DNA from: an uncultured virus (IMG/VR IMGVR_UViG_3300042914_003776)
Taxonomy: Duplodnaviria; Heunggongvirae; Uroviricota; Caudoviricetes
Reading direction: 5' to 3' (one strand)
DNA: 55,750 nt
IMG/VR virus record: IMGVR_UViG_3300042914_003776
Span: 62,001-117,750 of that record
Positions 34,824 to 44,672 of this stretch are shown one piece after another. Every line of letters starts with the position of its first letter. Within the stretch, counting starts at the first letter, position 1. Both the position numbers and the translations under genes were made by a program. The notes under the pieces are model-generated. The model searched no databases, was not told the origin of the DNA, and was given only the letters and a program-made list of their open reading frames with translations.

Positions 34824-36504
34824 TAGATGGGCAGTAGCTACGGGAAACTGGAGCAGCACAGCAACGTGGAATGGTGGTACTCTGCCTACTGCGGCTGACG
34901 ATGTTTTTGCTGACGGATTCACGGTTACGATAGACCAAGATGTGACCGTGCTTTCTATCCGCACTACACAACGTAGCGGCGGAACAAATGGAGGCACTTT
35001 CAATTGTTCTACCAGCCGAAATATTATTGGTAATATTGTTTCTGGAAAAGGTACCGGATTAACATTTTCCGCTGCTTCGCCAGCGATACTAAACATTACT
35101 GGCAGCATAATAGTAACAGCTCTTGGGAACGACAATAGCTTTCTTAATTGTAAAGGTTTAGTGGTAACATCTACCGGAACCGTTAATATTATTGGAAGCG
35201 CTTCGGCATCAGGCTCAAATAATAACGCACACGCTATTGATTTAAATGGATCAAGCGTATTAAATTTAACTGGGTCAGTTTATGGGGCTGGAAGCGGAAA
35301 TTATGGTATTTTAATGTCTGGTTCTAGTATTGTATCCATAACCGGTAATGTATACGCCGGATCTAATCTTAATGGTCATGGTATTCAAATGTCTTCATTT
35401 GGTAGCCTGACTGTTAACGGCAATGTTTATGGAGCATATCAAGGCACTGCTTATGGCATAAATGCGACATCAACCACTACGATAATTATTAACGGGACTG
35501 TAGACGGAGGGGGAACCGCCGGAAATAATGCGCCCGGTCATGCGGTTGTTACTTCTGGAGCATTGACAATCATAGGAAATATTATTGGAGGATTATCTAC
35601 GTCAAATAATAGTATTGGTGTTGTTTGTAGCGGTACAACTGTAATAAGTGGCAACATAACAGCAAATGGCTCTGTCGGAGTTTCTGTAGTCGGCGGAGCG
35701 ATAACTATAAATGGTAACATAACTGGTGGATCATTTGCGTCTGGCTTAATATCTACAACGTCATCAACAGTATTGCATAACGGCAACTCTACGGCTTCTT
35801 CAAATGGTTTTTGCGGCTTGGTTGCAACTAAATCTTTAATTAAATCAACTGACATAGTTCAGCATACATATCGCGTTAATAGCTCTGGTTCTCCCGGCAT
35901 AGCTCGTTCCCTCTACACCGGCGGTCAAAACTTAGGTCAACCTTCCGGCATTCATGTTCGTGCTGGTCATACTTACGGTGTGTCGAATGAATTTGTCGGC
36001 ACTCTTATAGTTCCATCGGCCCAATTTGTATCTTTGGGAACTCCCGTTGATAGCGGCGTTGGCAGTTTGCAGTATTTAAGTTCGTCAGACTTACAAGCGG
36101 CCCTAGCCCCTAACTCGCCCGTTATGGCTCAAAGAAGCGACGATGATACAAAGGCCCTAACCTTTTCATGGCCAGCTTCCGGGGCATCTATCATTGGACA
36201 AAAATCTATTGATAATGCAGCATATGTCCCGGTCTCTGGGGCTATTAGTTATTTACGCACAGAGAACGCCCGGCACTATTATACTCTTGCCTACAGTCCT
36301 TTTGATAGAACCACGCAAGAATCTACTATTAGATATAAAATGGACGACGGTACATATACTAAATATTTTAATTTAAGAATTATGCCATCTACTAATGCTG
36401 AGGTAATTGCTATTAAGGCTAAGACTGATAATTTGCCCCCGGACCCAGCTTCGGCTTCTGATATTACTTCACTTCAGAATAATGCACCTATGGAGGCGTT
36501 CTAA
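34816..36504 (+). CDS. Gly-rich beta-helix adhesin-like protein 1
   Basis: GNWS..TW.GG..P...DDV N-terminus; repeated I.GNV.GG. Confidence 0.78.
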   Translation: MADRWAVATGNWSSTATWNGGTLPTAADDVFADGFTVTIDQDVTVLSIRTTQRSGGTNGGTFNCSTSRNIIGNIVSGKGTGLTFSAASPAILNITGSIIVTALGNDNSFLNCKGLVVTSTGTVNIIGSASASGSNNNAHAIDLNGSSVLNLTGSVYGAGSGNYGILMSGSSIVSITGNVYAGSNLNGHGIQMSSFGSLTVNGNVYGAYQGTAYGINATSTTTIIINGTVDGGGTAGNNAPGHAVVTSGALTIIGNIIGGLSTSNNSIGVVCSGTTVISGNITANGSVGVSVVGGAITINGNITGGSFASGLISTTSSTVLHNGNSTASSNGFCGLVATKSLIKSTDIVQHTYRVNSSGSPGIARSLYTGGQNLGQPSGIHVRAGHTYGVSNEFVGTLIVPSAQFVSLGTPVDSGVGSLQYLSSSDLQAALAPNSPVMAQRSDDDTKALTFSWPASGASIIGQKSIDNAAYVPVSGAISYLRTENARHYYTLAYSPFDRTTQESTIRYKMDDGTYTKYFNLRIMPSTNAEVIAIKAKTDNLPPDPASASDITSLQNNAPMEAF

Positions 36505-38411
36505 TGGCAGATAAATGGCCTTTGGCAAATGGTAACTGGAGTAATGCGGCAAACTGGAATGATGGAACCAAACCTCAGTCTGGTGATGATGTTTATGCCG
36601 ATGGTAAAATACTTACCATTGATGAAAATGTTAACATCGGCACAGGAACGTTGAGAACATCTCAAAGAACTGGAGGCACTACTGGCGGATCATACAGCGT
36701 GACAGCATCGGGTTTATCTATAACTGCGAATATGGACTTCTTAAGTACAGGACTTACATATTCTGGCACTGGATTACTGACAATAACCGGAAATTTATTG
36801 TACAGAGGTGCTGGAGTAACAAACTCCTCTAGTGGCACACTTACTTTGATTGGAAATGTTTCTGGATTAAATACTGGTTATATCAATATATATGGGTTAG
36901 TTAATAGTTCCACTGGAACCGTTAATGTAATTGGTAATGTAACTGGTGGAACAACTAATAGTGGTAGATCGGTTGTCAATTCCAATGCGAGTGGAACGAT
37001 AAATGTTACAGGCACACTCAATGCAGGTGCAACAGGAAATAATACCAACGCTGTGTATTTGGATGCTGGAACAGCAAATATCACTGGAAATTGTTTTGGC
37101 GGTGGATCGGTTGCGGGGAATACTTGTTCTGCCGTGACTAATAATGGTGGTGGAGTAGTCACTATAAACGGCAATGTTACGGGTGGGCCCGGAGTAGATG
37201 CAAAAGGTGTTATCAATTCTTCTAGTGGGACGGTAATAATTACAGGCAATGCAACAGGTGGTAGTGGGTCTACGGCATACGGCGCAAGCAATCAATCTAT
37301 AGGGGTATTGCGAGTTTACGGTGCTGCAATTGGTAACGATCACGGGCTAGGTTTTTCAACCAATAATGGTAATGCAGGGGTTTTCGGTTACGGGATCAAT
37401 ACGGGCACAGTGCAAGCTACTACCACGGTGCGAGCTATTCAGTATGGAGCAAAAGGTCAATCTCCAACAATTGGTTTAGTGCAGTTAGACACGACGGTTT
37501 TAGCCAACAGTTTCGCCAAGTTCCGTACTGCCCCAACATCATTTACTGAATACACCTTCGGCCCTCCTGAAAATATCGGCGGTCAGCCAGCAGCGTCTAA
37601 TGTGCGATTGGGTACGGTCTACAACTTCGGCAACACCACTGGAACATGCGCAGTTCCGCCTTCCGGCTCTGTTGCTTTGGGCGTACCTGTCGATAATACA
37701 ACGGGAACAGCTATATTAACAGCCGCAGACTTTAATAATATTTTATCTAGCGCTCTTCAGCCAAATGGTCCTATCGTAGTAGAAAGAAGCAAAGAAGACA
37801 CTAACGGTATTACATTCTCATGGCCCGTATCTGGGGCTACTATTTCTGGTCAAGTAAGCAAAAATAATGGGGCTTACGTTAATACGGCCGGGGCTATTAC
37901 TTTCTTACGTACAGACGGGACACGCCACTATTATATACTGGCATACAATGCAGCAGATCGCCCGGCGGCAGAAGGTACGGCCCGGTATAAACTGACAGAC
38001 GGAACTTATACTAAATATTTCACCCTTAGAGTTGAGCCTTCTTATGTGGCTAATGTAAGTGTTACGCCCGGCTTTGTAACTCAAGAAGATATACCAAATA
38101 AAAATAATTTAGAAATTTTTACCTCCGAACAAGACAATATTACAGTTAATATATATGAGTCGGATGGATATACGCCACTTAGCTTGACCGGAGTTACCCC
38201 GGAATTTAGGGTTTCCGACCTTAATGATATTCTTCTTTATACAATAACTTCGGGGAATATTACTGTGGGTGGCCCGGACAATAATCAGATTACATTCGCT
38301 AAAACTCTTCTTACCACAGATGATTTTGAGGGTAAGTGGAGCCTGCGAGACATGGCGACCAATGCTAAAGTTTTAAGCACCGGCAGATTTAAAGTAACAT
38401 ATGCACCATAG
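36504..38411 (+). CDS. Gly-rich beta-helix adhesin-like protein 2 (paralogue)
   Basis: Same N-terminus and TFSWP.SGA..RHYY.LAY..DGTYTKYF block. Confidence 0.78.
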   Translation: MADKWPLANGNWSNAANWNDGTKPQSGDDVYADGKILTIDENVNIGTGTLRTSQRTGGTTGGSYSVTASGLSITANMDFLSTGLTYSGTGLLTITGNLLYRGAGVTNSSSGTLTLIGNVSGLNTGYINIYGLVNSSTGTVNVIGNVTGGTTNSGRSVVNSNASGTINVTGTLNAGATGNNTNAVYLDAGTANITGNCFGGGSVAGNTCSAVTNNGGGVVTINGNVTGGPGVDAKGVINSSSGTVIITGNATGGSGSTAYGASNQSIGVLRVYGAAIGNDHGLGFSTNNGNAGVFGYGINTGTVQATTTVRAIQYGAKGQSPTIGLVQLDTTVLANSFAKFRTAPTSFTEYTFGPPENIGGQPAASNVRLGTVYNFGNTTGTCAVPPSGSVALGVPVDNTTGTAILTAADFNNILSSALQPNGPIVVERSKEDTNGITFSWPVSGATISGQVSKNNGAYVNTAGAITFLRTDGTRHYYILAYNAADRPAAEGTARYKLTDGTYTKYFTLRVEPSYVANVSVTPGFVTQEDIPNKNNLEIFTSEQDNITVNIYESDGYTPLSLTGVTPEFRVSDLNDILLYTITSGNITVGGPDNNQITFAKTLLTTDDFEGKWSLRDMATNAKVLSTGRFKVTYAP

Positions 38412-38420
38412 GAGTATATA

Positions 38421-38747
38421 ATGGAAATTAAAGTAGAACTTACGCAAGAGCAACTTTGGGGTGTACACTACGTACTACAATATGTGGTAAACCCGCCTAT
38501 TATCAAAGAAAACGAGCAGATTACAGAACAAAATAAAGATAAGCCAGTTGAAGAACAGGCTGCTCTAAAAAATCTTCACACCGAAGAAAGCTATATTCAA
38601 TTTGTTGTTGGTATGGCTACTGATGATTATTATAAGCAGCTATTAAAGTTTAAAGAAGATAATGCTTTAAAGATGTTTAATAGTTTATCGGATCAAGAAA
38701 AGCTTGCGCTTGTTGCGCAGCTTCAAATTCCAGACGTAGTTAAGTAA
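38421..38747 (+). CDS. Hypothetical protein
   Basis: ORF with AGGAG RBS. Confidence 0.75.
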   Translation: MEIKVELTQEQLWGVHYVLQYVVNPPIIKENEQITEQNKDKPVEEQAALKNLHTEESYIQFVVGMATDDYYKQLLKFKEDNALKMFNSLSDQEKLALVAQLQIPDVVK

Positions 38748-38758
38748 AGGAGAAATGG

Positions 38759-38911
38759 ATGGTAGTTTTAGAACTAACTAAAGAAGAAGCACAACAGCTA
38801 TTAGAACTTTTGGACGTTGCCACTAAGGCCGGGGGCTTGCAAGTAGCACAGGCTGCTTTACCTCTAGCCGGTAAGCTAGTACAGGCTTCACAAGAGAAGA
38901 AAGATGGATAG
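38759..38911 (+). CDS. 50-aa helical protein (fibre-associated type)
   Basis: Manual translation MVVLELTKEEAQQLLELLDVATKAGGLQVAQAALPLAGKL...; AAGGAG RBS. Confidence 0.75.
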   Translation: MVVLELTKEEAQQLLELLDVATKAGGLQVAQAALPLAGKLVQASQEKKDG

Positions 38912-39122
38912 ATTTTCCCATTTTCAGGTAGCTTGTAGTAGATTTGTCAACACCATATTTCTTGGTGATTATGATGAAATGTTGTCTTCTAGGGTTTACC
39001 GGGAAAGAAACTGGTTTGGTATGTTTATTATCGATACCATTTTCTTTTGGGAAAAGAATCATTGCCGGGCCAATTACGAGTGGGAGCTAGAGGAAAAAAA
39101 GAAATGTTCAATTTTTCATTAA
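38904..39122 (+). CDS. Hypothetical phage protein
   Basis: DEMLSSRVYR..IDTIFFWEKNHCR; overlaps neighbours operonically. Confidence 0.7.
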   Translation: MDRFSHFQVACSRFVNTIFLGDYDEMLSSRVYRERNWFGMFIIDTIFFWEKNHCRANYEWELEEKKKCSIFH

Positions 39123-39622
39123 ATTCTTCTATATTTGAACCGTTTAATCAAGCGGCCCAGCTTCTTTTTGAGAGAAAAGCCACGTTGGTATTTCCTGAAA
39201 AAAGAGAAGAATGTCCAAATTGTTATCTAAATACCTTTGGAACAAAGACCCGCTCTGTGAGTATATACAAGCAGGGCGGTCCTTATCCGTTCGATGACGG
39301 TATGCCTTGCCCATATTGTGAAGGTAAAGGATATAAGCAAGTAGAATTGAGTGAAACCATTCCCATTCAAATACTTTGGGAAGTTCAGTCTTACTATAAA
39401 AAAATGCTACCGATAGAGATTCAACAGGGTTCGATTCAAACTATCGCCCGGTCTATTTATGCACCCAAGCTAGAAATGGCTAAATACTTAATACCTAATG
39501 ATGGTGGCATAGAAAATTTAGACATTAAAAAATACGAAAGATTAACTCCAATGTACCCTCTGGGCTTTAAAGATAACCCGGTAAAATATATGGTACATTT
39601 CTGGAAACAAAATGGTTCTTAA
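39104..39622 (+). CDS. Putative head-closure/neck protein with Zn finger
   Basis: CPNC and CPYC; start moved to ATG 39104 (GAGG RBS). Confidence 0.6.
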   Translation: MFNFSLNSSIFEPFNQAAQLLFERKATLVFPEKREECPNCYLNTFGTKTRSVSIYKQGGPYPFDDGMPCPYCEGKGYKQVELSETIPIQILWEVQSYYKKMLPIEIQQGSIQTIARSIYAPKLEMAKYLIPNDGGIENLDIKKYERLTPMYPLGFKDNPVKYMVHFWKQNGS

Positions 39623-40229
39623 AATTTTTCTTACCGAAAGTGATGCTAGAATAGAGGCCAAAATATTAAGGGCCATTTCGGAAGAAGCAAATCTAAGTTT
39701 TCCTAAAAAAGCTAATTTAATAACTAATATATTCTCCCGGTCGGCCTATGATGCTATCTTGGGTTGCCCAGAAATGATTTCTGTTAGTAGCGGCCTGTTA
39801 AAAATAGATTTTGGCTTGAACTTTGACCCCGTTGCCGCTATAGCAAATGCCGTAGCTCAAAGTATAATTATAAAGTTTAAACCATTTAATATTAAACTAA
39901 CTTCGGGCGGCTATAATATTCGTGTTCAACCTCTGGACTATTTAAATCTTTTATCTTTACCAGAGGCCGTAGTTATAACCGAAAAAGGGGTTTCGCTGCC
40001 TTGGCTAGATTGGCTTCTAACTTATGGAGACAGCATTATAATAGCTGATTTTGGTGTAAAATACAGTACGGGCAAGGGTAGAGCGGGCGGCGGATATATG
40101 TTACCTACAGAGAGGCCATTTAGTGTTAATGCCGCATATTCTGGAACCGTAGATGATAATTTTATCACTAGGGCTATCATGAATCAAATTCCTAGCATAG
40201 AACAAGATTTAATTAAGGCGTTAAAATGA
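39612..40229 (+). CDS. Putative tail completion/neck protein
   Basis: Position; C-terminal NFITRAI motif. Confidence 0.55.
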   Translation: MVLKIFLTESDARIEAKILRAISEEANLSFPKKANLITNIFSRSAYDAILGCPEMISVSSGLLKIDFGLNFDPVAAIANAVAQSIIIKFKPFNIKLTSGGYNIRVQPLDYLNLLSLPEAVVITEKGVSLPWLDWLLTYGDSIIIADFGVKYSTGKGRAGGGYMLPTERPFSVNAAYSGTVDDNFITRAIMNQIPSIEQDLIKALK

Positions 40230-41167
40230 ACGATTTAGTAGGTTTTAATAAATCACAAGAACCCTCAATAAGTAATATCCTACTAGATAATTTCATTAAC
40301 TTATATGACTGGGGCTTTCTAGATAAAGGCGGTTTTGTAAATAATAATATACCATCGTCAGGAATGTACGGTGGAGAAAAAACAAGACTTAGGCCAGTTC
40401 AAGACCCTAACTATACCACCGGGCAGGTATGGCAAGCCCACAGGCCAAACTGGGTGTGGGAAACGGGAGTATCTGTAGGTTCTCCGATAAACATTAGTGG
40501 AGTTTTTGTTACCGGCGTTTTCAGACCTGTAGGCAATACTACCCAACCATATCATATTGATTATGTTAACGGCCGGGTCGTATTTAATAGTCCCATTTCT
40601 GTTTCGTCAAATGTAAGAATTGAATATTCCAGCAAGTGGATTAATGTTATCCCGGCTCAGGGCGTACCGTGGTTCCGAGAGATTCAGCAGGGCTCACAAA
40701 GAGCGGCAGGACAGTTTGAGTATTTTGCCTCTGGTAACTGGGCCCAGCTAGGACAGACCCGTGTTCCTTTGCCCACAATAGCCATAGATGTGTCGCCCCC
40801 AGCCAGCTTAAAACCTTTCCAGTTGGGCGGAGGGCAGTGGGTTAATAATGATATACTGTTCCACGTAGTTGCTGAAAATGAGTGGGAATGTACCAATATT
40901 TTAGATAAAATTATTTATCAAAACGATAGAACGATTAGCCTTTATGATGTTGATCAGTCAATTAGGTCTGGCGTGGCACCACTAGATTATAGAAACTCGC
41001 TAACGCCCGGCGCCTTGCCTAGTGGCTTATATCCTAATTTAATAAATAAATTTAAATATTTAGACTGTTATATAAAAGATTCAAAATTAACCGGTAAAGT
41101 AACACAACTTTCGCCCGATTTATATGTGGGAACCGTTAGATGTACTACAGAAACGAGACCAATATAG
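40226..41167 (+). CDS. Putative tail terminator-like protein
   Basis: Position before tail tube; LPTIAID..PFQLGGG. Confidence 0.55.
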   Translation: MNDLVGFNKSQEPSISNILLDNFINLYDWGFLDKGGFVNNNIPSSGMYGGEKTRLRPVQDPNYTTGQVWQAHRPNWVWETGVSVGSPINISGVFVTGVFRPVGNTTQPYHIDYVNGRVVFNSPISVSSNVRIEYSSKWINVIPAQGVPWFREIQQGSQRAAGQFEYFASGNWAQLGQTRVPLPTIAIDVSPPASLKPFQLGGGQWVNNDILFHVVAENEWECTNILDKIIYQNDRTISLYDVDQSIRSGVAPLDYRNSLTPGALPSGLYPNLINKFKYLDCYIKDSKLTGKVTQLSPDLYVGTVRCTTETRPI

Positions 41168-41171
41168 TTTT

Positions 41172-41177
41172 TGTGTA
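41172..41177 (+). promoter_or_regulatory. Putative late promoter motif TGTGTA
   Basis: Intergenic, before tail tube gene. Confidence 0.6.
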
Positions 41178-41225
41178 TATTTTTATACCAAGCCTATAGG
41201 TTTTTAAACATGGGAGTTAACTCAA

Positions 41226-42266
41226 ATGCCAAATAATAGAATATTTTATGCTTGTCAAGCGGTGGCCATCGCTAAGACAGGCTGGAGCAGTGGAGCCGAA
41301 TTTAAGATCATGAAAGGTGTTCAGTCTGTCGGCCTGAATACTAATTTTACACTAGAGCAGGTTTTCGAGCTGGGGCAAGTAGAGCTTTATGCTAACGAAG
41401 AAGAAATTGCAGAAGTAGAAGTAACCATTGAAAAAGTTATCGATGGTGAACCTTTGCTTTATTTGCAAGCTGTTGGTAATATTGGTAAGACAAGTATCGT
41501 GGGAGCATCTAATAGTCGTGCTGACGTTTACTTAGCTATTTACGAAGATAATATTACCGGTATTGCTGCTCAGACGCCCGGTAGTGTTGTAATGTGCTCT
41601 GGTATGTTTGTAAGTTCTGTTTCTTACACCTATCCAGTAGATGGTAATGCTACTGAGTCCCTCACTCTGGTAGGAAATGAAAAAGTATGGAATAACCAAG
41701 TTCCAACTATTGTAGCTAATGCTATTACTAAATTTGTTGAAGATAATACTGAAGACAACGATTTTGATGGCACTGACTTTCCGGTTTCTGGTATTGTTCG
41801 TCGAGCAAGAGTGAATATTCCACAATGCATTATTCCGCCAGAAGTTTGTACCCAAAGACATCAAGGCGTTACTACTGTTGGAGCATCAACATTCCCTAAT
41901 AGCGGTATTCAAAGTATTACTATTAGTGCCGACTTCGGTAGAGAAAACCAGTTGGAATTGGGTCGATTTGGTCCATACAATCGATATGCAACATTCCCAT
42001 TCGAAGTTACTTGCGAGTTTGAAGTTAATGCAACTTCAGGCGATTTAATCTCGGTATCTGGTTTCGGTAGAAACTTAACCGATAGGTCAATCGTGATTCG
42101 TGACTTGGCGGGAACAGTGATTAACTTGGGCGGTAAGAATAGATTGACTTCTATCGCTTACAGCGGTGGAGATACTGGTGGTGGTATTGCTACTATCACT
42201 TATTCTTACTCAACATATAATTCATTGAATGTTGATCATGGTGGTGTTAATGCAACGTATTACTAA
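41226..42266 (+). CDS. Major tail tube protein
   Basis: Two tube-like halves (GVQSVGL..EQVFELGQ / GIQSITI..ENQLELGR). Confidence 0.75.
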   Translation: MPNNRIFYACQAVAIAKTGWSSGAEFKIMKGVQSVGLNTNFTLEQVFELGQVELYANEEEIAEVEVTIEKVIDGEPLLYLQAVGNIGKTSIVGASNSRADVYLAIYEDNITGIAAQTPGSVVMCSGMFVSSVSYTYPVDGNATESLTLVGNEKVWNNQVPTIVANAITKFVEDNTEDNDFDGTDFPVSGIVRRARVNIPQCIIPPEVCTQRHQGVTTVGASTFPNSGIQSITISADFGRENQLELGRFGPYNRYATFPFEVTCEFEVNATSGDLISVSGFGRNLTDRSIVIRDLAGTVINLGGKNRLTSIAYSGGDTGGGIATITYSYSTYNSLNVDHGGVNATYY

Positions 42267-42306
42267 TCTGCGATAGCCATTAGGCGAGTAGATTTAGGAC
42301 TTTAGG

Positions 42307-43350
42307 ATGGTTTTGGAAAATAAAATAAACAGTTTACTATATAGAATTATAAAAGGCCGCTTACGCCTGAGCGTGGGCGGTCTTTCTTTAATTATACAAG
42401 AACCAAATTCTGATTTAATAGAAGAATCTTATGAAGTATATGAATCTGTTTACAACGAACACTACGGAAACGGTGACTGGGTAGAAGATGAATTAAAACA
42501 ACATCTTGTAGAACAAGGACTTTGGACACCACTAGACGATAAAGAAATAGAAAAAATAAATAAAGAAATTGAAGACATAAAAGTAGAATGTTTTCAGAAT
42601 TTTTTTAAAACCCGGGAATTGGTTCAGTTAAAAAGAAAAATTTTATTAAAACAAGAATCGGCCAGCGAGATATTGGGCCGTAAACATTCTTTAGATCATT
42701 TATGTTGTGAGAATGCGGCAGAAATGACCCGGCAAAACTGGCTACTCTCTAAAAGCTGTTTTTATAAAAACTGGGAGCCCATAGACTGGACAAATATTAA
42801 CTTTAGTAAAATTATGGATTTTTATAAAGAAAATATTATTGATCACTCTACTATCAGAAAGATTGCCCGGGGAAATGTTTGGCGCACCATCTGGGTTTCT
42901 AGCAAAAAGATAGACCTCTTCGATAGGCCCGGTATTGATTTAACTAGAGACCAGCTTACTCTTTGTTCTTATTCAAATATGTATGACTCTGTCTACGAGA
43001 ATCCTGAAAGCCCTAATGAAAAAATTATTGAGGATGACGATTGTCTAGACGGTTGGTTTATATTCCAAAGACGCAAGCACGAAAAAGATAAAAAGCTTCA
43101 AGAGACCGAAAATCTTATTGCTAATCCTAAAATTAAAAACGCCAAAGAAGTTTTTGTTATGGCAAAAAATAAACAAGAGGCTGAATCCATTAATGATTTA
43201 AACAATGAATTATCAAAAGCGATTGTAGCCCAAAGGAAGAATATTATTAAAGAAAAAGGTTCTGCAAAAGATACTGATTTCTTTGATGTACAGACAGATT
43301 TACAGATGGAAAGGCATCAGGCATTTATGAATAAAATGAAAGGAAGATAA
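42307..43350 (+). CDS. Putative tail assembly chaperone
   Basis: Between tube and tape measure; P.EKIIEDDDCLDGW motif. Confidence 0.55.
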   Translation: MVLENKINSLLYRIIKGRLRLSVGGLSLIIQEPNSDLIEESYEVYESVYNEHYGNGDWVEDELKQHLVEQGLWTPLDDKEIEKINKEIEDIKVECFQNFFKTRELVQLKRKILLKQESASEILGRKHSLDHLCCENAAEMTRQNWLLSKSCFYKNWEPIDWTNINFSKIMDFYKENIIDHSTIRKIARGNVWRTIWVSSKKIDLFDRPGIDLTRDQLTLCSYSNMYDSVYENPESPNEKIIEDDDCLDGWFIFQRRKHEKDKKLQETENLIANPKIKNAKEVFVMAKNKQEAESINDLNNELSKAIVAQRKNIIKEKGSAKDTDFFDVQTDLQMERHQAFMNKMKGR

Positions 43351-43694
43351 TGGACGATTTTGATGAAATGTTAAAAGTGTCTTTAGAGCGAAAAAGACTA
43401 AAAGAGGAAGGGTTAAAGGATGTTTCAAAAAACAAACTTTATCAAGTATCAAAAAAGAAAATTTTGACTACTATGATTGGGGCCCTAGATTCTATAGAAA
43501 AGAATTTTGGTTTTTTGTGGAGCGATTCTGAAAATATGACATCGCAGCAAAAACAAATGCGTTCGATTTATGACCAAATCCGTTCTGAAATTTTAGATAA
43601 GGGAAATACCCAAATCAGAAATTTAGAAGCAGAGTTTTCTAATTATGATATTGTTTTTAGAAAATATAATACAGTTATTCCGTTTAAGAAGTAG
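43350..43694 (+). CDS. Hypothetical protein
   Basis: TAATG coupling. Confidence 0.75.
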   Translation: MDDFDEMLKVSLERKRLKEEGLKDVSKNKLYQVSKKKILTTMIGALDSIEKNFGFLWSDSENMTSQQKQMRSIYDQIRSEILDKGNTQIRNLEAEFSNYDIVFRKYNTVIPFKK

Positions 43695-43707
43695 GAGAGG
43701 ATAAAAG

Positions 43708-44586
43708 ATGGCAAAAGTAGAAACAGTTAAGAGTAAAGATTTAAGTGGCGCAGAAGTTGTTCTTGTTGTAAAGTCGCCTTCGCCAAAAAATTTCAGAGAT
43801 GCACAAGTTATTTACAATAAAGCTCTCAGAACAGCCTTGGAAGGTGGTTCTATTTTAAGACGCAAGCTTAATGAGTTCTTGACCGAACAAAAAGTTTGGG
43901 ATTCTGATAAAGAAAATAATTATCAAAAAATCCTAAAGGAAATTTCGGATCACGAAGACACAATTAAGGCTGGGGGTATTTCTCTCAAAAGAGCCAAAGA
44001 AGTGGCTCTAGAGCTTAGGGACTTGCGATTAAAGCTAAGAGAGCTATTGTCAGAGCGACAAACTTATGATGCTACTACGGCAGAAGGTCAAGCTGATAAT
44101 ACTCAGTTTAATTTTTTGGTTTCTGTCTGCACATTTAAGGAGGATGGAAATTCTCTAATGTGGTCTAAGCTAGAAGATTATGACAATTCCCGAGAGCCCT
44201 ATGCCGCAGACGCCGCATCCACGCTCGCTAAGATGATTTATGATCTTGATCCAGATTACGACAATAATTTGGTAGAAAACAAATTCTTGAAAAAGTTCAA
44301 GTTCGTGCGAGATGACTTGCGATTGGTTAATAAGGATGGCCACCTAATTGATGAAGATGGTCGTCTGATTAACGAAAACGGTCGATTTGTAGCCTACCGA
44401 GAAGATGGAACTCAGTATTTTGTTAATCGTGACGGCGAAGAAGTCGATGAAAGCGGAGAAAAGAAAATTACCGTATTGCCATTTTTGGATGATGATGGAA
44501 ACCCTATCGTAGAAGAAACGGTAGCCTCAGCATCAGAGCCAGAAAAGGTAGAAGAAAAAACGCAAGATGAACCAGAAAATGTGTAA
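43708..44586 (+). CDS. Putative tail assembly chaperone
   Basis: Directly upstream of tape measure; repeated (N/D)x(D/E)G.LI hairpins. Confidence 0.55.
   Translation: MAKVETVKSKDLSGAEVVLVVKSPSPKNFRDAQVIYNKALRTALEGGSILRRKLNEFLTEQKVWDSDKENNYQKILKEISDHEDTIKAGGISLKRAKEVALELRDLRLKLRELLSERQTYDATTAEGQADNTQFNFLVSVCTFKEDGNSLMWSKLEDYDNSREPYAADAASTLAKMIYDLDPDYDNNLVENKFLKKFKFVRDDLRLVNKDGHLIDEDGRLINENGRFVAYREDGTQYFVNRDGEEVDESGEKKITVLPFLDDDGNPIVEETVASASEPEKVEEKTQDEPENV
44580..44585 (+). promoter_or_regulatory. Putative late promoter motif TGTGTA
   Basis: Overlaps stop of upstream gene, before tape measure. Confidence 0.5.
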
Positions 44587-44613
44587 TTAATAGCGGGGAT
44601 AGTGTGTTTTGTA

Positions 44614-44656
44614 GGGCAGTCCATGTATAGGTATTATATGTGGTCTGCCTTTTTTT
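44614..44656 (+). terminator. Terminator-like hairpin upstream of tape measure gene
   Basis: GGGCAG TCCA TGTATA..TATATG TGGT CTGCC followed by T7. Confidence 0.6.
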
Positions 44657-44672
44657 ATAGGAAGAAAAAACA

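Noticed and set aside
42307..44586. Programmed -1 frameshift in tail chaperone genes
   Set aside because: Each ORF has its own start or coupling, and no slippery heptamer is convincingly positioned at an ORF end
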